A stretch of DNA of 62,446 bases, the filler included, from Choristocarpus tenellus KU-1152 (lineage: Eukaryota > Protista > Phaeophyceae): the NCBI GenBank assembly GCA_964200185.2. It is 9 parts of 9 records of this genome, joined end to end, with 100 filler letters (N's around TTAATTAATTAA, not from the genome) between each part and the next. Parts side by side here need not be neighbours in the genome. Positions count along the whole stretch, not along the records: positions 1 to 18,606 come from CAXNAD020000533.1; positions 18,707 to 22,039 come from CAXNAD020020740.1; positions 22,140 to 29,621 come from CAXNAD020006089.1; 6 more parts are not named here. One strand, given 5' to 3'. Under the pieces are notes generated by a model. The model ran no database searches. It was not told where the DNA came from and was given only the letters and a program-made list of their open reading frames with translations. Positions 11,013-22,382 of the stretch are shown here, piece by piece. How positions within the stretch are numbered: the stretch's first letter is position 1; each line of letters starts with the position of its first letter. The translations under genes and the position numbers were made by a program.

Positions 11013-13837
11013 ATGTCCGCCAAGGCTATCCGGGAGTGCCATGGCAAGCGACTTGTCTCCAAGTGGCTTTCTGAATATGGTGACTACGACATTGAGAGCC
11101 GCTGTGTCCAGGTGCGTTATCATGTCTAGGAATACCACTGACGATCCTCCCTCTGTCATCATCTGTAATGTTTGGCTGTGCACTTTGGATTATTAGAACA
11201 TCTTTGCAGCGTTGATGTGCACAACCGAGAACCTCAGCCCGAGGTGAAGAGAAAATCAAGTAATCACTGGCCTCTTGCAAGGCACGCACTCGTCAGATGT
11301 GAGCTATGCAGTTCAACGGTCATAAATGCAACCCTCAGCTGGGCTCAATCTAGTCGCTGTCCAAAATTTCTCGTTGTCATATCTTGACAGATCAAGGCCG
11401 ACATGCTCAAGATCGGCAACAAGGATGGCTTCGCCACGATCGCGCAAGCCAACCCTTGGTTGGAGTCGATACCACTGGTGGTGAAGCCAGATCAATTGAT
11501 TAAGCGAAGGGGCAAGGCTGGCCTGCTGGCGGTGAACAAGAACTGGGCCGAGGTCCAAGAATGGATATCAGCCCGCATGGGCAAGAGTCAAAAGGCGAGC
11601 CTACGCAGAATACACTCCCGTGTTCCAGATCTATGTCTCCCACATCTTTCCCTCTTTGGAGTTCCGAGTCTCTTGTGTGCTGCCACTTCATTACTAGGCA
11701 ACATGTTTGCATCGGTGATCACACTAACCCTGGTTGTCCCACACACACGTCTGGCACTGGCAGGTTGAGGTCGTCACAGGAATTCTGGATACTTTTATCG
11801 TGGAACCTTTTGTTCCCCACGAGCAGTCCGATGAGTACTACGTGTGCATCAACTCCAACCGGGAAGGAGAAGAGTTCTTGTTCTGCCACGAGGGAGGCGT
11901 TGACGTGGGGGATGTCGACGCTAAAGCCGACAAACTGCAGGTGATCACAGGGTAATTGTGGATGCGCACATGATGAAAAACGTGACAGACATGCCTTTCA
12001 TCTTTTGCTGGAATCTGTTGTGCAGATCTGTGCCCATCTAGTGTAGATGATGCCTATGTCTCCCGTATGAGCGTTCGATATGTGAGCTGTCCGTACGAAG
12101 TGACTGGGTTATGCAGAAGAAAAACGGATACATCGATATCTTTTTTCTATCAAGACACTCTCTCGCTTTTGATAAGAACTTAAGTATGTTCTCACAACTT
12201 ATACATATACAGGTGCCCATTGGAGAAGCTGTTACCGCCGAGGCTGTCAAGACTAGTCTGCTCCAAAAGGTGAGACTATTCAAAACCAGGTCTCGTCACT
12301 GTAGCAAAGTCGTCAAGCTCTAACCTGCAGCCATCGCTTTACTGTGTACGGATTGCATATTACCTATGGGGTGAAACTGAGTTTTAACAGTCACGGGCAT
12401 TTTGACTTTGCTGGACTCAAGATTCTGTATCTATGGGATACATGTTCCTACACAATACCACACTTTTCCCCTTCACTCCAAAGGCGTATTGTTCAGGATG
12501 AAGAGAAAGTTCAAGTACAACCCCCCCCCCCTCCCCCCATAGCAGATACCCACATTAAATTATTGAGCACAACTTACAGCCGCAGATAATGCTCCGAACC
12601 CATTGTGCTCTCTACTCACAACATTTAAACCCTCCCCTCCCTGCCACTCTCCTCTCACTCTTTCTCTCCCTAAACCTAACCCTAACCCTAAGAAGAAAGC
12701 GAAGTATACACATGTGCTTATCAGTAGAACGAGAACAATGTTCCTCATCGCCTCCCTATGCTCATCATGTCTACCGATTTTTTTTTTAATGTTCGTTTTT
12801 GTATACAATTAAAAAAAAAAAAGGTTCCAGCGGCCCATCAGGAGATGCTTTCTGGGTTCTTGGTGGCCCTCTTCAACCTCTACCGTGACCTCAACTTTGT
12901 GTATATGGAGATCAACCCCATTGTTGTAGTGGGGGATCGAATCACACCCCTTGACATGGCAGCCAAGTTGGATGAAACGGCGGCCTTCCTATGTGGCAAC
13001 AAGTGGGGAGAGGTGGACTTCCCGGCCCCCTTTGGTAAGAGAGTTTTGCAAGGTAGTTTGCTGTGTTGAGCTCTCATGTTCTGTGTGCGTCTTTTTTTTT
13101 GTATAGAACGCTTTCTGTGTATGTTCTGTTTAATGTTCTGATGTTCCATTTTCACTCGACATTGTAACTTTTTTTTTTGCTTCTTTTGACCCAAAACTGT
13201 ACTATAAATATGTTGGAACTGTACTATTAAATAAGGCACTGCTTGTGTTTAAAAATAATATATATATATATATATATATTTCCTTTCCCTAAGTTCACAT
13301 GCCTTGGAAACAACCGCGGACATTTTTTATTTTTTATACTTTGACAGTACAAGTTTGTGTCAAATTATAAAAAAATAAAATTCTCCACAAATAAAGAAAT
13401 GAGTACCACGTTTTTTTTTTCACGTGCGTTCCATCACTGCATACAAGCTTTCGTTACTGTCTTGTCTCGAAACCAACATCTCATTTCCTCACCCGCAAAC
13501 ACGCCTCCCAGGACGTCCGGAGTTTCCCGAAGAGGCGTACATAAAGAAGCTTGATGCAAGCACTGGTGCGTCGCTCAAGCTCACCATCCTCAATCACAGT
13601 GGTCGAGTGTGGACTATGGTTGCCGGTGGTGGTGCATCTGTTGTGTATGCTGACACTATCTCAGACTATGGCTATGGCATGGTGAGTCTTACTGGTGTTC
13701 CTTTGTTTACTTTTGTACCCTGAGGTATATACACATGTTATGTACACATAAGTGCAGATGATTGTGTGTGTGTCTTGCGGTTTGATTGGTAATGTTTCAT
13801 AGCCTTTTGACTGAGTTCAGAGAGGTAAAGATGGGAT

Positions 13838-13874
<37 letters not shown>

Positions 13875-13925
13875 AAGGGGAGAAAAAAATGGGTTGGGGG
13901 AGCAATTCCTTCTGTNNNNNNNNNN

Positions 13926-13957
<32 letters not shown>

Positions 13958-16900
13958 GGGGGGGTTTCCAGGTCAGGCGTGATAAGAGCCAAAAAAATTG
14001 TTTGGGTTAGCAATCCCTTCCATTGTACTACTAAATCTCACATTCTTTTTTCAGTGTGTATGTTGAGTAAGAGGGGTCTAATGCCATTGGTTGTTGTCTG
14101 GAAGGTTAATATTGTGGTGTAGAGTAGGATGTTTCTGTTGTAACTGAGGGCATACCATCCTTGTGTCTTGTTTGGGTCGAGAGAGAGGTTACAGTGGTTT
14201 CACCTGTGTGAACTAGGATCTAGATTGTATTTTTTTGTAATTGATCAGTTAAAAAACGTTTTCTGTCATCCAAGGTGATTAAAAAAACAACCATAACTGT
14301 CCAATGCTTCAAGAAAAAACTCGACCTATAGTACAGTCATCCAAGCGAATACATTTCATCACTGTATGTAACTGAACATGTAACTGAAGCTGTAACTGTT
14401 GAAACTGTAACTGAAGCTGCTCTTTTCGAATGTAACTCTTTTCACCCTTTTTTGGCCATTTCTTCTCAATTGCGGTATGTTCTTTGTCCATCAGGAACTA
14501 GCCAACTACGGGGAGTACTCTGGGGCACCTTCTGAGCAGATGACTTACAACTACGCCAGAACCATTCTGGGACTGATGACCCGTGTTAAGGACCCCAAGG
14601 GCAAGGTGGGGGCGGTGCCCTGTGCCTGCTGATAGATTTTGACGACTGGTTTTGATATGAAAAAAATATTGTTTGTAAGATTTAAAATTTTGAAATAGGA
14701 AACAGCAGCAGCAGCAGCAGCAGCAGCAGTTTTTTTGGGGGGGGGGCGGGAGGAAGAGGGGGAGGGCCTCTAAATTGGTGTCTTACTGATTTGGAAAGTT
14801 TTGATGGGGGGTACTAGTTTTTTTAGGGTTAGGGTTACTATTTTGCAGCACATTTTTTTTTTTGGGGGGGAGGGTCTCTAATTGGTCTCTTGCTGATTTG
14901 GAACGTTTTGATGGGGTACATATTTTTTTAGGGTTAGGGTTACTACTTTGCAGCACAAAACATATATGTGTTGTTAGGGTTAGGGTTACTACTTTGCAGC
15001 ACAAAACATATGTATGTTGTTAGGGTTAGGGTTACTACTTTGCAGCACAGTAAAACATATATATGTTTTTGGCCGTGTGTGGAGGAGTTACTCTTGAATG
15101 AATGCCTCATGTTGAGTACTAAGTATTAAATAGTCTAAACGTTATTGATTTGTATGAGGTTTAGATGGTAAAGCGAAGTTGTAATAGTCTGTGGTGATTT
15201 AATTTTGGTATCTTTTTCAAAGATTGAATAAGGAACAGTGGCGGTTAATTGGTTTTATGTGCTTGTAGATGTGTTCCGGAGTGGATGATGCAACTCTTGG
15301 TAGTTATTGTAGTTGATCTTAGAATTGAGTGCACTGTTGGTAGTTGAAGTTGATCTTAGAATTGAGTGTGGTGACTAAAAATAGCATTTTTTTTTTTTGT
15401 GGTGTTATGCTGTAAAAAGTTTTTTTTTCACTGCTTCCAATAATGTCGATTTGTTAACAGAGACTTTGATCATTTTTATTGCAGGTGCTGATCATTGGAG
15501 GAGGTATCGCCAACTTCACAGATGTTGCTGCTACCTTTACTGGCATCATTTCTGCCCTGAAGCAGTTTGCGGAGGAGCTAAGGGATGGCAATATCTCCAT
15601 TTGGGTTAGGAGGGCTGGACCCAACTACCAGGAGGTGAGGATGCAACATTTGAGGTACAACTGTACCTTTATTTGGCGAGTCTTTCAGCGTCATTGACAA
15701 TGTGCATTGAATGAAGATGCACCTATACCTTTATTGGGCAAGTTATTAAAGTTTTGGTGACATTGAGGTCATCAGCGATCACTGCAGCTTAGAGGATCAC
15801 ACCCTCTGTTCTGATTTGCCCTCCCTACTGCCCTACTGCATAATTCAGGGTCTCCGCAAGATGCGTGAAACGGGTGAGGCGATTGGTGTGCCCATCAAGG
15901 TCTTTGGACCTGAGACACATATCACAGCAGTGGTTCCCATGGCTCTGGGAATTGTGGATGCCACAGGCGTACCTGAGTTTGATGCAGTGCAGGACCAGGT
16001 GAAGACCTTTTGCGAACTGTTTGAAATAACCTCATCAGAGTAGTGTGCCTGATTGTTTATTTTGTTTCAGACTTGACTGAGGCAAGATGTGCTTTGCTTT
16101 GCTTTCCTTCCCTACTCAGTCCCTTTATCTTATCCTACCTTCATATGTAGCAGTATATACTGCAAGTGTCTAAGTACCACTATTTCAATGTCTAAGTGCC
16201 ACTAATTCAAGGTGTTACCTCCAGTTTGTGCCTGGAACTTCTCTGTTAATCTTGCGCTCTTAACAGAACCTTTTACTGATGATTATCTATTCTCAATTCT
16301 TTAACCTAACAGATCCTTGTACTGGTAGTATCTATTCCGAATCCTTTAACTCAACAGAACCTTTTACTGGTGGTTATCTATTCCGAATTCTTAAACTTCT
16401 ACTACTGGTACCAACAGAGGTTCAATATTCCCAATATTCCATAGATATTAATATTCCATTGATATTATTATTCCATTGATTCCTCACTAACTTGTCGCAT
16501 CCCACCCCATGAACTTCCCAAATGAACTTTCCAAAACAGACCCCGGTGGTCAACAAGGACACGGCTGCTGAGGCCGTTGTGGCGGAGGCAGCAAAGCAGG
16601 CAGACGCAGTGAAGGAGAACGGAGTCGCAGCAGTGGGAGCAGTCACGCCTGGCCCAACCGGGTGCGTAGTAACTCTATCAGAAGACCCAGAAGTCAATTC
16701 CTTTCGAAGTGGTTCCCCTCCCCCCATGTCACCTGTCCCCATTGCTCGAGCGAGCGGGCAAGACACGTTAACGCCTGCCAAGAGGAGAGCCAAATCCCCT
16801 GGGCTGGCAGCTGCCCCTTTGGGTGGGGCGGTCAAGCAAGCCTCCAGCTCGGGGGTGGCTGTTCGAAAGAGAAAGACGGGCGAGGGCAGGTATGGTTCAC

Positions 16901-18391
16901 CAACCTATGTCTCAGTTGACTCTGGTTCTATTCTGGTTCTGGTTCTGACTGACGAGAATTCTGTCTGCACCTGTGGGAGGTAATGGTACTGCTCTGGTTT
17001 TCGATATATTTACTGTTGGTGTACCTTTATTTTATTTTATATTACTTTATTTACTATATATTTACTACTGGTGTACCTTTATTTTATTTATATTACTTTA
17101 TTTACTATATATTTACTACTGGTGTACCTTTATTTTGTTTTTTATTACTTTATTTACTACTCTCAAACTTGCGGGTTGATGGACCAAGAGAGTAAAATGC
17201 ATTTGCTTGGCTGTGCCATACATAAACATCTATTGCATTTGTTGCAGCCGCATCTCAACCCCTGCTGCTACTGCTATTAACATTTTCTAGGGTTTTATAG
17301 AACTAAGGTTGGCCTGTTGGGAGTGCACTGCTGCTCCACAATCTATTCCATGCCGCTGAAGAATTTTCTATCTTCATTGAGTGTTTTGTTACTAGACTTT
17401 CCATCACTCTTGGAAGTACTAGGCTTCCCATCGCCCTTGCAAGGTGTTTGTGTTGGTGTGGTGGTGGTATCAATGTCATGTCCTACCCTTCCCCCTCCCA
17501 TCTCTTTTTTGCTTCCCCTGTTCTTCCTGGCTGTCTTTTTGTTCCGTTTGCTGGACTTGTCATGTTTTGCTTGACTTGTGGCTTTTGTTGGTCAACGGCA
17601 ACGCCTGGTTTGGTGTACAGCATGCCTTCCAAAGATCTGCACACTGTACAGGACTTTGGACCCAACACAAGAGCTGTCGTCTACGGGCTGCAAAACCGGG
17701 CTGTGCAGGTAGGATGCGCAATTTGAATTTGAATTTAAATTTGAATTTGAAACGGCATTGAAACAAAATTGAGACATTAAATGTTTGCACAGCAAAGGCT
17801 ACTCTTGCTTCAAAAAATTTGTGCAATGTGACCTATCAATGCCACTTAGAAGAAAGTGATTCCGTGTTGGTTGCAGCTAGGTCAAAACTTGTGAACGAAT
17901 TAATTGCCTGTAAATAGAATTAGATATCATGGATACGAAAGAGTGATGTCACTATTGGTGCTGAGGAGTACCATACACAGGCTTAAATGGAAGCGAGCTT
18001 GAAGGGTACAATGATTTTTTTTTTTTTTGTTGGTGGCATAGGGTTAGGGATATGTGTTGAATAGTTGTTGAAAATCACCTTCCCTTTTTACTTTTGTAGG
18101 AAACTGGAGCAATGTCTTACTGACTGAGGAACGAGGTTTGTGTGGGTCTTAACTAACCTAACCTAACCCTAACCTAACCTAACCTAACCTAACCTAACCT
18201 AACCTAACCTAACCCGCTGTTCGTTTGTTGCAATGTAATGCAATATGTAATATATAATGTCATGTAATATGTAATGCAATATGCAGGGTATGCTTGACTT
18301 TGACTTCATGTGTAAGAGGAGCAAGCCGTCTGTCGCGTGCATGGTGTTCCCCTTTTCTGGCAACCACTACATCAAGTTCTACTGGGGTACG
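11013..18391 (+). CDS. ACLY: ATP-citrate lyase, single-chain (fused A+B) type; 5' part only (624 codons), truncated by the contig end at 18606
   Basis: Exons 11013-11111, 11391-11594, 11764-11940, 12213-12269, 12824-13034, 13512-13681, 14495-14605, 15485-15634, 15849-15998, 16540-16889, 17621-17708, 18287-18391; all phases are compatible. Motifs: [100 protein letters not shown], then after a linker [11 protein letters not shown] and KFYWG (CoA-binding half). Intron 2 is GC-AG. Confidence 0.97.
14750..15050. repeat. Intronic compound tandem repeat containing TTAGGG dimers
   Basis: Two ~110-bp units, then three ~47-bp units (TTAGGGTTAGGGTTACTACTTTGCAGCACAAAACATAT...). Confidence 0.85.
16260..16420. 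repeat. Degenerate ~46-bp tandem repeat (~3.5 units) in an ACLY intron
   Basis: AACAGA(A/T)CCTT(T/G)TACTG...TATCTATTC...AAT recurring at ~16262, 16308 and 16353. Confidence 0.75.
17004..17160. repeat. AT-rich ~52-bp tandem repeat x3
   Basis: ATATATTTACT(A/G)(C/T)TGGTGTACCTTTATTTT at 17004, 17056 and 17107. Confidence 0.9.
18150..18214. repeat. (CCTAA)n microsatellite with one CCCTAA unit
   Basis: About 12 AACCT units read directly from the sequence. Confidence 0.9.
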
Positions 18392-18606
18392 GTGAGTACC
18401 TAATTGATACCTTTTCTTTTCTTTTCTTTTCTCATCTTGATTCTTGCTATTGTGTCACAGTACTGTTGTGGAATTATTTATGTATGCATCGTTCAAACTT
18501 CACGTATCTGTAGTTCAAGTTGGCTCAAAGTATCTGGGGGGGGGGGGGAAGGCCTATACCAAGGTGTCCATTTCGGCACTGACCGGGAAAAATGCTCTCA
18601 TGTTAT

Positions 18607-18706
18607 NNNNNNNNNNNNNNNNNNNNNNNNNNNNNNNNNNNNNNNNNNNNTTAATTAATTAANNNNNNNNNNNNNNNNNNNNNNNNNNNNNNNNNNNNNN
18701 NNNNNN
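18607..18706. other. Artificial contig spacer N44-TTAATTAATTAA-N44
   Basis: Identical 100-nt spacers at 18607, 22040, 29622, 35637, 43528, 46509, 53270 and 59811; the 12-mer puts stops in all six frames. 10-N gaps also occur at 13916 and 32724. Confidence 0.99.
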
Positions 18707-19248
18707 ACAAACCACCCCCCCCCCCCAAGATACTTTGACCCTAAAAGAACATTCTCTAAGAAACAAACTAAGGATGAAGAGACCATGTTTGTGTTCTGAA
18801 GAATAGAATATATTTTTGGGTTTAAGAACTAGAATATGGCAGAGTTCAGGGATAGGAAGTATTGTAGGAAATGATCTGTGATTGGTGAGTAATGATCTAT
18901 AGAATAGGAATAATTTGGTGACAAAGACCCCACCCCCCTTTAGACTTGGATGTTCATTCCTACGTTCACCTTCCTTACTTCATCTGCTGCCTCTTCTACA
19001 CAGTAAGCAATTAATCGAGGCATTTACATACACAACTCTTGGGAACATCAGCTTCTTTAACAATCACTAGAAAAAAATAAAGAACTGGGACATGCCAAAT
19101 ATTAGTGGTAAATTGTCTTCTCAAATATTAACAATTATTACCATACAATGAAAGTCAAACTAGTGTAAATACTAACTAGTAGACTACAAGTACCAGTACA
19201 GTATGGGTTGTAAAACGCCAACAGAGACATAGGGGACTTGGAACTCAC

Positions 19249-20519
19249 AGCTGGTGCAAATCGATAGGAATATTGCCACAAAGTGGCGTCAGGTGACCCT
19301 TGGGCTCCCCTCTACCCGACCAGAACTCCAGCAGCTTGTTTCGGAAGTCGTTTCTGAGTAATTAAAAAAAAAGTGTTGAAAAAACAAAGTCACCAATTCC
19401 ATCTCAGTCTCCTCAATAATTAACAACCCTGAAGATGTACGTTGTAATTGTACTAGGTAACCCTAACCCTAACCCTAACCCTAAGTATAACACACATCAT
19501 AGAGATGTATGCAAAATTTACAGTGTAGTCACACCATTGTACCCAGTACTGAGAAACAGAGTTTTGACAATCATATGTACTGCAGGTCAAAGGCCTCAAG
19601 ACTACTTAGGGGGAATAGATCTCGGTTTTTACCAACAGCATGACACCTCACCTACCTGTATATACCAAAACCAGGGAATAACATTATCAGCGTTACTAAA
19701 AAGAATAAAACACAAAAAAACAAGTGTAGGTCTCTCGAAGCATTAAAAATCTAGCCTCACTCCAACCCCAACTCAACAGGATCCACTACAATAGAGCTGT
19801 TGATCAAAAGGTTACAAGTGAACACAAGCCAAAACAGCTTGAAATCTGTTGGATGTCCTTTGGATGTCCTTTGGATCAGATAGAATCGAAACATGCAAAA
19901 AGTGCACAAAGGAACATGTGCAAAGCATTGACCACTGCAGGGCCCCGCGAGGGGATTTCAGCAAAGCGGGTGGCGTGCATACACAACAAAATAAACAATT
20001 AGGGTTAGGGTCATGATTTTCGATATCAATACCCTCCGATACTATTTAAACCTAGCGATGCAATTGCTACAGGCAGTTCACAGCACTACTCATTTCAACA
20101 GTGCACATTAAGGGTGCTCATTCAGAACCTTGAATGGGTGTTAGCTTTTTCTTAACTACAGGGTAAAATTTTACCGACTGCTTGCTTTCATTTGGATGTT
20201 ACTATCTTTGTAGAGAACATGTGTCATCAATACCCTTCAGTCTTCTTCACACGAATCAAACTCTAACCCTAAAACTATCCCTGACTATGCAAGTCATGCT
20301 TCAAACAGAAACAAACATAACACACACACACAGATACAACATAACACAAACACACACACACACAACACACAAACACCTGTCTCTCAGGACTGAAGCAGAC
20401 AACTGCACAATGCTCTTGCGTGCTGTAACCCTGCTCTGGCGCCCCCAGCGTCCCGTATTCAATCGCCTGGTGGCCCCTCTCTTACCCTTCCTTTTCGCAA
20501 GCTCCAACGCCTCCCTGGC
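19249..20519 (-). CDS. ARID/BRIGHT DNA-binding-domain protein, two internal exons
   Basis: Exons 20519-20377 and 19353-19249 (AG/GT, phase 2 joins phase 2) give ...SVLRDRNDFRNKLLEFWSGRGEPKGHLTPLCGNIPIDLHQL, matching the start of the ARID consensus F...L..F...RG.P...P...G...DL..L. The remainder is not in this contig. Confidence 0.65.
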
Positions 20520-21399
20520 CTGGGTACACCATCACATCGTTGTCAATAAACATGATTACACTACTGGTATCTCTAATACAATCACAAAAAATCATTAGAT
20601 GATTGTTGATATAATCAACACAGTGGTACCACAAAATTATGCTTTATGTTACCATTCTATCGTTGGTTATACTCAGTATGCTAGGGTACCATTATGGTAC
20701 CATCGCCCACCAACATGACAAACAACAGAGACTTTGCTGCTTACATTTCACAAAGATCGTCCAATAAAACATTTGTTCCATTACATCCCACTACAAGAAT
20801 CGGGTGAAGATGTTCCACATTGGAAAGCAGACCTTTGTTGGACGCTGGGCAGTATTGAGCATTACTAATTATATTAAAACTAACACCCAAACGCCAAACA
20901 TGTTACAACTGAATTACTTTAATTGGGTGAATGCCAACCATCAATGATCAAGGAGATTCTATTTTAGAAACATATATTTGTCACTCCCATTTCTACAAAA
21001 TCCACTCCCTCCTCACTCTGCAGGCACTTCCAGGATATAGCATACACAACTAGATAGTGAAGTACAAATACAGCAGACAAGGTCGAGGCAAAAGACATCA
21101 AAAAGGTGTTAAAAAAAGTATCCCCGAAATCATCAAAGAGGATCAAAGTGATAAACCTGAGCGAGCTTTTCCGAGCAATAGATTATTGGCTCATGCCTAA
21201 TACAGTGGGTCATAGCCAACATTTGTTCCGTTAGTTTTTCACTTCAAAGGTGGTTTAAGTTCACGATCGGATTCGCCCCCTTCTCCACCTTTGAAGCGAA
21301 AAACTCACAAAACAAGTGTTGGCTATTACCCACTGTACTAGGCAAGAACCAATCATCTATTGCTCAGAAAAGCTTGCTCTGGTTTTGGTACGTATAGCA

Positions 21400-22039
21400 C
21401 AGTGCCCTGGTGGTGGGTGCAACAAGAGCAACAGTAAAGTGCATGGTAGGCCTCTTCGGTCATCCAGATATCATTCGCACTGAAGCCGTCCGAGAGAAGC
21501 TCCTCGTAGGAGCGTTCTTGATTGACTGGTCTCTCACTTGTACACGCATCCAAACAGTGAGTACATCTGCAATGCACGATGAAACGCCTCCGCCAGTCCC
21601 GATAGTCCGAGTGGTCCAACAGTTTCGGCGGTTGGGTTCTTGATCTCTTTGCCGTAGGGCGAACAGTATGTGCGCCTGTCCCCCAAGCTCTCCGAAGAAC
21701 TGGACCTCCGGCTTGCCCCACTCCTGATGCTCGCAGCATCCAAGCTGTTTCCCCTCTCCGAGAAATTTTCCTTCAACTGCTCAATCCAATCCAAGCTGTT
21801 CCATAGGACCCACTTCGACTGGTACACCCCCAGCCGGAGGCCGTGTGCTGGGCACAGCGGCCTGGACGACGGGATGATTTCCGTCGCCGACTCTTTCAGA
21901 CTGAACCATGAGATTGCCAACGTTTCTTGACAACTCCGCTACTGTCGCCATAAGCTGTCTGAATTCTTGGACAGATAGGCCCTCGGAAGGAACAGGTTCC
22001 CGCAATTCTTGAATCGCATCTCCTCGTGTAGACATGATG
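21400..22039 (-). mobile_element. Degenerate LTR-retrotransposon (Ty1/Copia-like) gag fragment
   Basis: Intronless and frameshifted. PPKLLDHSDYRDWRRRFIVHCRCTHCLDAC...PVNQERSYEELLSDGFSANDI..TEEAYHAL fits the Copia gag P-x-[LF]...Y..W...F N-terminal pattern; a coiled-coil-like N-terminus lies upstream. Confidence 0.5.
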
Positions 22040-22382
22040 NNNNNNNNNNNNNNNNNNNNNNNNNNNNNNNNNNNNNNNNNNNNTTAATTAATTAANNNNN
22101 NNNNNNNNNNNNNNNNNNNNNNNNNNNNNNNNNNNNNNNCGACATGAAAAAATTGACCCCAAATGGACAGCTGGCACACCCCCCCAGATATTTTGAGCCA
22201 CTGTTTTGTTTCTCATGACCCAATCTTGCTATAGATATACGCAAGCTCAGAACTCTCTCAGAAGATTTCTCCTGAGACTTGCTTTCTTGAGTTTATTATT
22301 ATTAGTACTACAAGGTTGAGAGATCAAAGACATGACCGTTTTGTCATTTGTGGAACTGTTCATTAACTGATGCCATTTCAAG

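Noticed and set aside
13738-14122. Poly-Gly/poly-Pro ORFs (also ~29765-30097 and ~32551-32973)
   Set aside because: They are translations of G/C homopolymers beside assembly gaps in non-coding DNA.
18150-18214. (TTAGG)n tract as a chromosome end
   Set aside because: It is short and lies inside an ACLY intron.
18607-18706. TTAATTAATTAA repeats as a biological motif or piggyBac TTAA sites
   Set aside because: The same N44-12mer-N44 layout occurs eight times; it is an assembly linker.
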